A stretch of 64,000 nt of DNA from Chrysomallon squamiferum. Its lineage: Eukaryota > Animalia > Mollusca. The notes beneath the pieces are model-generated. The model was not told the origin of the DNA. It ran no database searches and worked only from the letters and a program-made list of their open reading frames with translations. The number at the start of each line of letters is the position of its first letter. Within the stretch, counting starts at the first letter, position 1. The stretch lies in the NCBI GenBank assembly GCA_012295275.1, contig CM022672.1:5704001-5768000 (forward strand), in the 5' to 3' direction. Positions 15,386-30,031 of this stretch are shown piece by piece. A program made the position numbers and the translations under genes.

Positions 15386-16919
15386 TTATGCTGACAAGCA
15401 AAACCATGATGCATGTTAATGTTTTTGAAAAGTACACGAGTTCTCAGCAGAAAGGGGTCATTTTTTTCTGACAGTTGGTACAATTTATATTTATAAATCT
15501 GAAAAGTGTTCAAAATGTACCAGAATTCCTTACATATTTGCTTTTTCTTCTGTTCCTACAAGTTTTTCAACTTTCTAATTACGGGCATTACCAGGCAGAT
15601 TTTTTTTTCTATTTTTGGTGACTTAGAGTGACTAACAATTCCCACAGTTACTTGAAGAAAAACATAATATACATCTTTCAACACAAGACAAAATAATAAT
15701 AAAATGACCATCCATGCATTTCAAAATTATACCAGTCCAGAATAGTATATATATCTTGTAATATATAATAAATAAATATATATATATTTTTAAAAAGTAC
15801 CTATGTTTGATAAGATTATCATAGAAGCTGCAATTATTTACACCCACACAAACAAACACATGAAAGACCTGGTTAATAATCAAGAGGTTGAATGAACCCA
15901 GAAAGCCTTAACCCCACCCCACCCTGTTAGTGTGGTAATAGAGAGGTTTTGATAAACAGAGGTCTTACTGGTACATTTGGTATGCATGCACTTTGAAATT
16001 TCACCCTCCAGTGAAGACAGGTCAAAAACTGTGTTTTTCATGTTGCTTTTTCAAATCTGTAGTCCAGGATATTAAATTTGGTTATTTTCTTGAAATGTTG
16101 TTTAACTGATAATTTTAATAGCAAAGATAATATATTGTGATATATCTACTCACAAACACACACACAGAGAGAGAGAGAGAGAAATGTATATAGTATCTGT
16201 GTTATTCAACTCTAACCATAGCAAGATCTATATTTCAATACTTAAAAATTATTTAGCATATTTAATATATGCAATATCAAATTAAGATTTTATTTTCCAA
16301 AGTTTTACATATTCTGAAAGGCTCCCAGTAATAATTTGATAATAAAAAAAATTAAATTAAAAATAATTTAAAGAATTTAAAGAAATTTTACATGGCTAAC
16401 AATTAATTAAAATTCAAACATTTGCTTTGCAATATTACTTTAAAAAATGTTTTCTCGAAAACACCAGTAAGTTGTAAGTTCTTGAGATCATCATTTTCAA
16501 TTGCTGTAGATAATGCTGTAGGTAGTGCTTATATTTTCACTGAACGTTTACAAATGAAATAACTTATCACTTAATTTCTCTAACCCTTGGGCGGCAGCCT
16601 GTAAGCGAGTTTTGAAAATGCCACTGGCACACAGGATGGAAACAAAGGATCCTCACAATCCTGTCTATCTGCAGTCTGATCCCAGCTTAGTTGTAGTCAC
16701 TCAAGATACCCCTCCACAGTCTCTCTCTCTCCGTTTTTGTTAAGTTGCCCTTGCTTCTTCATTCAACAGATGTCCATCTAAGCATGGTATATCAAGATGA
16801 ATATAATTTATTTCAAAATATCCACTGCATGTGCATTTTGCATTCAAAATATGTTGAGAAAGATAGACAAAAGCCATCTGTATTTGAACTTGTAAATTTA
16901 TTTTCTACTGATAAAAAAT

Positions 16920-16951
<32 letters not shown>

Positions 16952-19089
16952 TATTCTGGATAATAATTGTATGTAAAAAGTGGTATTTAGTTGACCACTT
17001 CATCTGACCAATCTCAGTATTGTTTATTTGTACCATTTGAAAAGTTTTTTTTTTTTTAATTACACACAAGAATTAAGGACATCAAAGTTATCTAAACTGA
17101 ATGAAAGACTCGAGTTTTGAATATATTACCTGAGTTTAGTTTTAGGGGCACAACTTTATTACAGTTTTTAATAAACATCTACAAAAAGAGACCATTTGTT
17201 TTCCGTCAGTCTGGATTAATTATATTCCCTAAATCATATTTTCTGATACTCACATAGGTTCATTATTTAATTTTTTTTTTTTTTTTAAATAATGAAACTA
17301 GTCTGGGTTTTACTGTTATGTATTTTTAGAGTTTATGACATACTTACAAAAACTGAGGTGGGTTTTTCTTATTTTAGGCATGGGCATTTCTGTTTTTTTT
17401 TTTCATACAAATTTTAAAAATGAGTGGATATTTCCTTCTGGGCAGAATTAATTTCACATCTTTAATGGATATTTTCATAATGATCAGATGAGTTCATCAT
17501 CCAAGACACACTTACATAGGATTTGTTTTAGCTTGTAATGTGTATTTTTAAAATTGAGGGTGAAACTGTCCTGAGGCTTCACTATTTTTACTGTTTTACA
17601 GAGGTCCTGAATATTCATGTGGGTGAACATTATACTCTGATCTCTTTTTTTTTTGTGGGGGGGGGGGAAAAAAACAAACAATTATTTAACAGGTATTTAA
17701 AAACTAGGATGGGTTGTTTTTTCTTAGGCATGTCTGTGTAAAAATAATAGTTTTAAGAATTTAAAGGATATTTTTAAAAAATCATGAAGTATTTTTGAAA
17801 CCAATTTTTTTTCATAATCAGTTATTTTTATTAATAAAAAGTTCCCCAAAAATTTAATAATGATATATAAAATAATAACAATAATAAAAAAATAATAATA
17901 ACAATAACAACAACAGCAATAATAATAAATAAATAAATAAATAATTAAATAAAAATAAAAAGTAATGTGCTCTCTCAGCCTTTTCTTGATCTAGTCAGTG
18001 TCACATGACTCGTGTAATAAAATAATTATGGTATGTACTGACTTGTCAAAACAAATTTGTAAAACATACAACTGTATTTTGCTTACATTTATCTTGAGAC
18101 AGAATCACTGAAGTTCTGAGGATGATGTAGTACATACAAGTTTGGACATAAATCTGGTGTATACATGCATAATAACTACACTAACAATTGCTAGTAATAA
18201 ATCTTCATTAAAACTGAGGAAAAGAAGAAGAAGAAGAAGAAAAATCAAATAAACATTAATATTATAATGTGTTAATATATCATTAATAATAAAAAAAGAT
18301 TATTTTAGCCTTTTTTAGCCATTTATTAAACAATAGCAGTAGGTTTTTTTTTTAACAATAACAGAAAAAAAAGAAAATAAAAATAAATAAATAAATAATG
18401 TTTTTATTTCTTTAAAAAAAAAAGTAATAAAATGATAATAATAATTTTTATATTTTCTTCTCAGATAATATAAACGGAATTCTATTAAATAAAAATAAAA
18501 ATAAAAATACAAAATAGATGATTTTGACAGAATCAGTGAATATTTAAAAATATGTCAGCATAATTTAACAGTTATTAGGACTGAAATATCTGGCTGATTA
18601 TTTAAATGTAACAAATTATTTCTCAGAACACAAACACATAGAGGGCAAGTGTCTACTGTTGTCTTTCATAAACCAGTTGTAAAGGCAGATTTAAAAAAAA
18701 AAAATATTAACTTTTTCATTTTACATAAAATAATAATAATGATAATAATAATAATAATAATAAACTGTATTGTTCCACAAAACTATGAGTTAGTAATTAA
18801 TTTGAAAAGACATGAACAACAAAAACAACAACAGCAATACTACAACTACTACTAATAATAACAAATTATGAAATTTGGTTAACTTTCTAAGGCTTGAAAT
18901 TTCCAAAACTACTGGGAACAAACAAATTGTTGTTTAAAACATATTTTGAAATATAAATTTTCTCATATATAATAAATTTTGGAAGAAATTAAGAAAGAGA
19001 TATTTTCTTTAATGAAGAGCTTAACACATTTGAAATCTAGAATCAGATGGCATCATATTATCCAGAATAATACAGACAATGAGAGAAAG

Positions 19090-19310
19090 AAGAAATAAAA
19101 AAAGTATTGTTATTATGCAATAGGCTATTTTTATTGTAATTACCAGCAAGGGTTGTTTTGTATGCACATTTTATTGTTAGCAAACTGTGACATTTGATAA
19201 ACCAGTCACAGAGTACTGACTGGATCAGGAGAGAGTTTATTACATCTGCTGTGGAGAATTGATCCACTGACCCCTGTGATGCCTCAGGCCAGTTCTCAGC
19301 CTCTCGCTAC
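19090..19310. mobile_element. Degenerate SINE-like interspersed repeat
   Basis: cagcaagggttgttttgtatgcac...gagaattgatcc resembles 56081 gcagcaagggatcttttacatgca...gaggactgatcc and 32011-32160. SINE identity rests on my recollection of gastropod repeats, not a search. Confidence 0.45.
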
Positions 19311-19454
19311 AGTTTATTCCATTTCACTGTTTTGTTCATGATGAAGTAGAAACCTATTTCAGGTATTTTACAGAGTTAATCTTAATGGTTAGCATTAAAA
19401 TATGCAGCCATAAAGACACAAAATGATTTTTCATATACAGGTTGCAACAGGAAA

Positions 19455-20105
19455 TTATTTATACCATGTTTACATACCACCTTTTCCTTACTTAGTATGT
19501 TCAAGGGTGCTTCATAGTGTAAACTAATAAACTAAAACATTAAAAGACATGGTTGTAAACATATTTAATAAAATGTAAAATTATGGTGAACATGTTAAAA
19601 TGGTGGTAAAAATATATGCCACATTTCAAAATTGTATACGATAATTAAGAGACTAGTGTGAACATTTTAAAATTGGGGAAAATAAAACATAACTGTACAT
19701 TAACAAAGTAGATTTGAAAGAAATGGGTCTTTAGTAGTGTTTTGAATGTTTAAGCCTCCTTGATGTTACTTGGGAGCGAGTTCCACAAAGTCAGTGCAGC
19801 ATTACTTAAACATCTCTAGCTGTATGCAGTTGTTCTTATTCTTGGTCTTACTAGTCTTAATGATTTTTGTGATCTTAGAGGTGTACATGGCTGTGTACAC
19901 TTCCAGTGTGTCCTTGATATACTCTAGGGAATGATTGTTCAAGGCAATGTATGTATGTATGGACCAGAAGCTTGTACTGTAGCTTACAGTGGAGAGGCAA
20001 CCAGTGGAGCTCCTTCAGTTCTGGTGATGTGTAAGTGTGATGTGATGTCCTGGTCACAAAGCATGCTGCTGTATTCTGGACCCTATGTAGTTTTGTTGAG
20101 CACAT
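19455..20105 (-). mobile_element. 5'-truncated, decayed L2/CR1-group LINE (3' end of ORF2 plus tail)
   Basis: Minus-strand translation gives KLHRVQNTAACFVT...ELHWLPLHCKLQYKLL and later NAALTLWNSLP...FKTLLKTHFF, the typical L2 ORF2 C-terminal motifs, with stops and frameshifts. Confidence 0.85.
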
Positions 20106-20994
20106 TTTTATGATGAAAAAAATCCCAGTCTGACTGCATTAAAGACAAAAATTTAAGACTAATGTCTGCCCCTCTGTTAAGAAACCTAATCAGAAATGTA
20201 TAGTCATTGTAAAAAAAAAAAAAATGTATAAATAAAAGGAATTTTATAACACAAATGATGTTACCATTGTGATTAATGGATGAAATTAATGGACATACAC
20301 ATGAACAGCAGTGAAACAGGCAAAGAGAAAATCAAGATGTCCTCTCGAGTTCTCAATTTCATGATGTTGTTTGTAGACAGTGCGACAGTACCATACTGTT
20401 TTCTTTACTAACATGCCGAGTACAGAAATTATACAGGAAGATAGTTACTGCTTGGAATTATCACTGAATCAAAATAGATTATCTGAATATATGGAAAAAC
20501 AAAAAATTAAAAATAAAAACTGAAGAAGCAAGAAATGAAACATGAAGGAAAATTAAATATTTAAGAAAACACAACAACAACGATATATATATAAAGAAAT
20601 GCAGAAAAAGAAAAAATGGGTGAATTCAAAACTATTGGAGGATGTTGAATGAAATATAAATTTAAAAAAAAGAAAAGAAATGGAAGATGAAGTGTAAGAA
20701 TAAAATAAAAAAGAAGATGACAATTTGAGAAAAACAAAAAGAAAATTTAATAAATTATGTATTGAAAGGTTTGTGGAAAAACATTTCAAAGAAGAAAATT
20801 AAGAATGATTTGAAGAAAAAGAAGAATGAAAATAATGAATAAGGTGTAGAAAAAGAAAAAGAAGACTATGAAAAAAACCAAGAAGGTACAAAACTAAAAA
20901 TGAAGTGGCAGAAGATGAAAAAACCCAACAAACAAAACAGCCCAATTTAATAATATATAAAAAATACCAACAGTAGGATGAAGTGCAAGAAGCA

Positions 20995-21305
20995 CAAGAG
21001 GAAGAAATGAAAGAAGTAGAAATAGAGAACAGAAATGAAAGAAGAAGAAATGAAAGAAGTAGAAATGAAAGAAGAAGAAATAGAGAACAGAAATGAAAGA
21101 AGAAGAAATGAAAGAAGAAGAAATAGAGAACAGAAATGAAAGAAGAAAAAATGAAAGAAGTAGAAATAGAGAACAGAAATGAAAGAAGAAATGAAAGAAG
21201 AAGAAATGAAAGAAGTAGAAATGAAGGAAGTAGAAATAGAGAAAAGAAATGAAAGAAGAAGAAATGAAGGAAGTAGAAATAAAGAAAAGAAAGAAGTAGA
21301 AATAA
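20995..21305. repeat. Purine-rich minisatellite (GAAATGAAAGAAGAA / GAAATAGAGAACA units)
   Basis: Direct inspection; source of the F/S/L-rich minus-strand ORFs. Confidence 0.9.
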
Positions 21306-22492
21306 AAGATGTATATAATGGATAAAATGGAAGAAAAAGAAGCAAAAGAACAAACAAGATGAAAAAGAAGATTTAAATCAAATTCCAATTACGTATAATC
21401 TGTACTTTTTTTTTTTTTTTAAGTTGTACTTGGTCAGAATGATGCCTGAAAAGATGTAGTAGAAAAGATCAGAAACCAAAATCATTTTCCTTATCTTCAT
21501 ATAAATAATTTTCATATTCCAGAAATAAGAGTTCATCAGTCAGAGCTATATTCATCTGAAACAAGCCACCAGTGTCGACCATATTAATATTCTCAAAAGA
21601 ATTAAAACTTTCCATTAATTGTATATTATACCAGACAAATGCCTATAAAAAAAATAAAAAATAAAAATTCAGACTTCTGAAGATTTTTAACAAGAGAAAA
21701 CTATGACATATAAAAGAATCAAAATACGTCAACATTATTATTACTCTCTGTAATAAATGAGGAGACATTATTTACAGACTAGAGTTACCGTGGCAACATC
21801 TCATTTTTTCCCTCATGAAAAACTTAATGATGTTACAACCTAATAGTCTCTTTAACTGTACTGAGCACTGACTCACAGGCTGAGGTGTACAGGATCAATC
21901 TTTGCTATAAACGAGTATATTAAAGAAAACCACGTAAATATATCCTTTATAACTTCTGCTTGGAAAACTACAGTTTCTGTGATACATAGAATCAACAATC
22001 AACCTGTTTTGAAAGTCTTGCTATTGTCTAATTGTGGGTTTGGGATTGGGGTTTGTTGTGTAGAGGTGTCAACCCGCACATTTGCAGTCGGTTGAAATTA
22101 AGATGCATGATAAGATTTCTAAAATTACTAAATTTTTATGCAAAATATGCATCTTTTTAACAAATAAAGTTTATATCTGGGCGGTGTATTCGATTACGTA
22201 TGACGATAACAAAATTTAAGAATCCATGTCGTACAGGACACGCCTCGGTTAAGGCTGAATTAGTTTTAAAAAACGGAGCGTATTATATTTGTTAGAATCG
22301 TGTTAATTTTTAGAAATGTCGTTAAAATTAACCTCCTTTATCCGTTTAGTAATTAGCAGAAGAAAAGAAAAAACAAAGTATTTTCTCGCAGCTATTAATT
22401 ATCAGTTGAAAAGACAAGGGAAGTAACTCTAATCGTCTTATGTGATAAACGCTTTCAAAATGTACACATTTCGGCGTCTGATTCTGCGAGGC

Positions 22493-22524
<32 letters not shown>

Positions 22525-22864
22525 CTTAGTTTCATACTTACTTACTTATTTATTTCTATTTTCGTTTGTTTATTTGTTTTTAAAGATTTTAAAACTTCTT
22601 GTAATTCCAAACATTTTTAACATTATCTGAATGAAATCAACGTCACTATTCAGTATTCTCATATTACATTGCATTCATACTATTCATAACGTCATAGATT
22701 CGATGGATAAAATTAATGCATCCTATCACATTTGTCTGCTGGCGTGATCGTGTGATAATTTTTGTAAGTTCAGGCATCTCTTACTCTATTTACCAAAAAA
22801 TAAATGAACAAAAAAAATTTAAATAAATAAATGAACAAAACATTTAATTTTTTTTTTTTTAAAT

Positions 22865-22906
<42 letters not shown>

Positions 22907-23770
22907 ACCAGACATGTCATTATTTTTTTAATATTAATTTTTATTGAAATATATATATATATATATATATATTTTATTCATGAATTTATTTATACGCGCG
23001 CGTGTGTGTCAAAGGTCCACCCATATGTTTAATATACGGGTGTTTCGTAAGAAGCGTGTACAAAGGGGGTGTTAGTTCAGTGAAAGACGTCAAACAGTAA
23101 TATCATCTTTATAGTGACAAACATGTTGTTTAAAAACACACAGGCAGACATATACACCCCAAAAAAAAAAAAAAAAATATTATCTTTTACTATCAATTAT
23201 ATTCTATTTAAAACATTTTAATACATTTTAACTTTTTAACGAAGGTGGGGGTCTTCGAAGATTCATAAAGTTTTCATGTAAAATGTTCTTGCTAGCACGA
23301 TTATTTAGGATACCAGGTAAAATTATTAGAGACTGGAAAAATGTATATGTTGGCGAGGGAATTTGTTTATTTATTGCAAATTATATCATCATAATCATCA
23401 TTATTGCTATCTATATTATCATAATAATTATTTTTATTTTGTATGTTCCTGTTGCTGTTGTTTTATATTCATCAGTTACTGTAAACATAGTTGGGTCTAT
23501 CAGTATGAAAAAAAAATTTCGTTTGCCAAACATTTTTGACATTAGTGACATTTAAAGAAAAAGCTAACTTACTTAAATGCATTTTTAATTAATTTTCTAT
23601 TTCGTATTTACCCTTTGAAATCTATTTTGGTTAATTTGCGCTCAGTTCCTGAAATATTTCTTATTTTTTTGGTAATTTTATTTTATTTAAAAAAAATATT
23701 ATCAATATCAATATCGTCATCATCATTATTATCGTTGTCAGCATTATTTATTTATTTAATATTTTAAAAT

Positions 23771-23825
<55 letters not shown>

Positions 23826-24274
23826 GTTATTACTGTTACTGTTATTATTATTATTAATATTATTATTTATGCATTTTTAAAATTTATTTATTTATTTATA
23901 AATTTTATTATTTCAGAGCTGAAAAAAATGTTGACCTCTGGGATACAACTCTGTTATTGAATTTAATATTTGCTTGTAGGCGAGACAAATACAAATTACT
24001 TCTTGTCGTATAACTAAGAATTTTAAAGGGATTGAGAAAAATTAATTAAAAAAATTGGTTATCACAAACAGTCTGCGTGGAGTGGGTGTCCACATCCAAT
24101 GAAACTTTTTGTGTGTGCGTCTGTTGTTGGTAATACATTTGTAAGAGATTTTGTTCTCTTTTAAATGCACATGTTTATAAACATCTTTAAAAAACAACAA
24201 GAAATATTTGTCATACAAATATGAATGACCACTTACATTTCGCCGAATTTTTAAAATTATTATTATTTTTATTT

Positions 24275-24325
<51 letters not shown>

Positions 24326-24571
24326 TTTGTTTATTTATTTATTATTATTATTGGTTTGTTTATTGGTTTGTTTATTTTCTCAGGAAAAATGATCCAGCTG
24401 GAGTTTTAGATAATAATAATATCGTTATTGTTGCTGCTGGTGTTCTGGTAGTAGTATAATAAAGTTTTGTACTGATATTTTATTTTAAGGCAACTGTTTC
24501 TGTTACTTATACGTCTATTCAGAGTTTAATAATTCGCAACAGCAGTAAAACTATAATATATATTTATATTT

Positions 24572-24611
<40 letters not shown>

Positions 24612-25093
24612 TTTGTGAATGCGTATTTGAGAGAGAACTATAAAATTATTAACTGTATATTTTGAATTTATATTTTAATTTTTGTTGTGTATAAATGCAT
24701 CTAACTGTAGTCACGTTTGGCATGTTTTTGCTACTGGTCAAAGAGACATTGTAGTAGTTGTAGTAGGTGAGTTCGTCACTTCAGCGGTAGCGACATATTT
24801 ATTAAAAGAATAACATTGAAGGTATTTCAGCAGGAATTTAATATAAAAACTTCTGCAACTTTACTACTGAAGTTGCAGAGATAAACCTATTTTGTTATGC
24901 AAAACATTTCACAAAATGACTTCCGTATTTGATTCTTTAGCTAATACTGCGTTTGAATCATCAAGGTTTTATATGACTAATTCTTTAAAATTAAATTTAT
25001 GCATTCCTGAATCGATGAATCAGAAACAAATACGGAAATAATATATTTTAAAACGTTTAATTTTTATCTTTATATTTTCATTGATTTAATTAC

Positions 25094-25173
<80 letters not shown>

Positions 25174-25387
25174 GTTAATTAATTAATTTTGATTATTTAT
25201 TCTTGTTTGTAGAATATAGAGTTTACAATTTATCTTAATATTTTTATTTATTATTTTTTTTTCAAAAGAATAGTTCTCGTGAAATGAATAAAGGTAACTG
25301 ATATAGTAAAATAACTGCAACGGCAGCGACATTAATAATTGTATATGTGATGTAGCTAGTGACAACATACTGTTATACATACGTACG

Positions 25388-25438
<51 letters not shown>

Positions 25439-26189
25439 GTTTACGTACATCGATACAGATAGACATACTTCATACATACATACGTACAGAGACATTCAGA
25501 CAACAATAATAATTAAAGTTTTACTGTATTAAAACATTTCTTTCTTTCTTTTTTCTCCTTTCTTTGTTTATGTTTTAAAATTTATTTATTTATTGCCAAC
25601 GATCAGTAATTAATAGGTTGGGTTTTTTTTTTTTTTTTTTTTTTTTTTTTCTGTTTATAAATTAATAACAGTAATTTCTTTTTCCATAATAAGCAAACAG
25701 TTTCTAGTAATTTCAGCATTATGAATTGTACTGAATCGGTCATATCGTGTATCGTTCACAAAAATTATTTTCATTTTTCTTGGTCTTAAAAACACGTTCA
25801 CACACACCAAAGTACGCGTGTACCTGTCCGCACGCTCTGAATACTCTCATTTTTAATAGTAGCCACAAATACACTCTACAGTACATTTGCCAGGGTGAAA
25901 AGATCGAGTTCAATGGCCCAAGATCTTTATGACAGGTTTTATTTTCACCATGCTTATTTCACAAATAAAATTCATATTAAATATAACCTTAAATTACTGC
26001 ATACAGAGAGACGTTTTCTGATGAAACATCTAATAACATTTTGTTTATCATGTAAAAAGAAATTACTAATAGTAAAATAAGAAAAATAACAGTCAAAAGC
26101 AATAAAACAAACAAGAGGCAGATTAGAATTATTTTCGGAACTGCAGAGAAAATAAATTATTTTGATTTGAAGTTTGTTTTGCAGCTTTT

Positions 26190-26820
26190 GCTATTTCTAG
26201 TTACTTCCGTCTCCGAACAATCGTGTATTTTCGGATAAACGCGTCAAGCCGAAAGATAATTTTCACGAATCAATAAATCCGATCATTTCCGAGAGAAAAA
26301 CGGAAGAGTAACATCCATATATGGTCATCTTATTTCCTCACAGCTGGTCTGTGACGTCAAATCCACATAATGGTGAATTTCTCTTTTGTTACGTAGCACA
26401 TTCTTTGTCTGCCGTATATGGTCATTGATTACTCTGACGGCTAAAGGTCAATGTTAAATCGAGGCTCATTAATATGTAGTAGATTTACTACGTTCGTTAA
26501 TTTCTCTCTTATTTCACATTGCCATTTTAAAATAAGTATATATATCAAATGATATTTGTACGAAATACTTCTTGCATATGAATTTAGTGAAAGATATTCA
26601 TAAAGAAACTGTTAAGATGAGTGACCTACTTTTAGCCGAGAATCATCGATCGGAAAAGCTATCGTTTAATTATGCAAACGTCATCTGACGTCAAATTGTC
26701 TCTCGCAACGATTGGTCGGCCGTTAATACGCCTATTCCATATATGGTCATTACGCTGCGCGTAGGTTCATTCATAAAACCCCGTATATAAGCAGACAGTT
26801 CATTCATAAGTTTACAGTCA
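26190..26820 (+). promoter_or_regulatory. Immediate-early promoter of Egr
   Basis: CArG CCATATATGG at 26315-26324 and 26737-26746; near-CArG CCGTATATGG at 26412-26421; ETS ACTTCCG at 26203 and CGGAAG at 26301; CRE TGACGTCA at 26352 and 26686; reverse CCAAT at 26711; TATATAA at 26784-26790; Inr-like ACAGTC about 30 bp downstream (~26815). Confidence 0.85.
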
Positions 26821-26954
26821 ATCGTTCATGTAGTACTCGGGACTTAACGTATAACTTGTGTTCGAAATCTACCACTTAATTAGGTCGTGGTAGTTTGAGT
26901 CGAGTGTGCAAATAGTATTTTTCAAGTTGGACGTTACCACTGGAAGAATCCGAC

Positions 26955-27174
26955 ATGATTATGGACGGTTTGGATGCATTGTCTCGCGTGGCCTTAGCGG
27001 ATATTCACAGCTTCTGTTACGATACGCCAAGTTTATCGGAGGCCGGGAATATTCTTGGAACGCGGACAGTATCCGAATCGCTGGATGATACGCTAAATAC
27101 ACCTGTGACAACATGTTCGGACGAAACCTTTTTCGGACCCGATTCCCTGGAACCGCCACCAATAACAGCAACTG
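26955..27174 (+). CDS. egr: EGR-family transcription factor, coding exon 1
   Basis: MIMDGLDALSRVALAD...EPPPITAT; donor G|GTAGGT (phase 1) joins in frame to acceptor TTTTCCAG|CA at 28279; lies just downstream of the SRE/CRE/TATA promoter. Confidence 0.85.
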
Positions 27175-27439
27175 GTAGGTTTTCCGTTTAATAATTTTCA
27201 TTCAATACCGTAATGCTGGCCGATCAGCTGTTTCGAAACCATGGATTCCATTGTGTTATGTTTACCTATACGAGAAGAGCACATCTGAGGTTATTTCACT
27301 AATTATTTTAGTATTAATGGATGCTACTCTACTGTTAATTACGTTTATTACTTTAGTGTCTTTGAATAAAAGCTTCTGTAAATTCAAATAGTCGACATTT
27401 TAACATGCTGTCATAACCGTGGGAAAGCTCTCCATTTTG

Positions 27440-27705
27440 CGAGCTATTTTTAGCACGTTCATTCATTTCGGTCGTGATCGATAAATAGGCAGCGGAGCCG
27501 CTGATGGTTTTTACCCACGTCATTACAAATCAATATATTATTATCTAGTAACAGTTGTTATTCTCCTATTTTTACACTTCGATGATATGAGAAAAACAGA
27601 CGAGTTTCAGGTTAATCGTAAGGTCACGGTGTTCAGGAACAGACGTCAGCCTGACTTGCTGACGTATGAATTGCTGTGACGCATGCATACTTATGAGTCG
27701 TACAA
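27440..27705. promoter_or_regulatory. Putative intron-1 enhancer (MEF2 site plus CRE/AP-1 half-site cluster)
   Basis: Perfect MEF2 CTATTTTTAG at 27444-27453; AGACGTCA 27641, TGACGTA 27660, TGACGCA 27677; locally CpG-rich. Confidence 0.55.
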
Positions 27706-27943
27706 ATATGTCCGTAGACTTTCCTCTCGGCTAAATCATTTTGAAAAATAAACTGAAAAGACTTCAATTTTTTTTTTTTTTTTTAAAGATTCTGGATTTA
27801 TCGTGGACATATTAATTGGTTGAATGAAAAAAAAAAAAAAAAATTATATAGATTTTCTTTATTTCTCAAAATTAGCACTTCAATACAGTTTTTTTTAAAA
27901 ACAACATAAGCTTATGACAAAACATTACTTAATAATGCTATTG

Positions 27944-27976
<33 letters not shown>

Positions 27977-28278
27977 CCAAAACTCTAGTTTGATATAGGT
28001 CATAAAAGTAACTTGATTTAATGGTTACTTTTGTTATTTAGTTTGAATGTATTTTATTTTATTTTATTTTATTTTATTTTATTTTATTTTATTTTATTTT
28101 ATTATATTATATTTTAATTTATTTTATTTTATTTTATTTTATTTTATTTTATTTTATTTTATTTTATTTTATTTTATTTTTGTTCCATTAGCGAATGTGT
28201 TATATATATATATTCATTTGTTTAAACACACAGACAAACTAATGTATATTTACGAGGTGTTTATTTTGTGTTTTCCAG

Positions 28279-30031
<1,753 letters not shown>

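Noticed and set aside
20460-21390. E/K-rich coiled-coil-like coding sequence
   Set aside because: Frequent stops in the + frames, no recognisable motif, and a purine minisatellite explains much of it. A decayed pseudogene is not excluded.
28047-28278. N-terminal part of ORF 28047-29084 (FILFY repeats)
   Set aside because: It is intronic (ATTTT)n sequence upstream of the acceptor at 28279.
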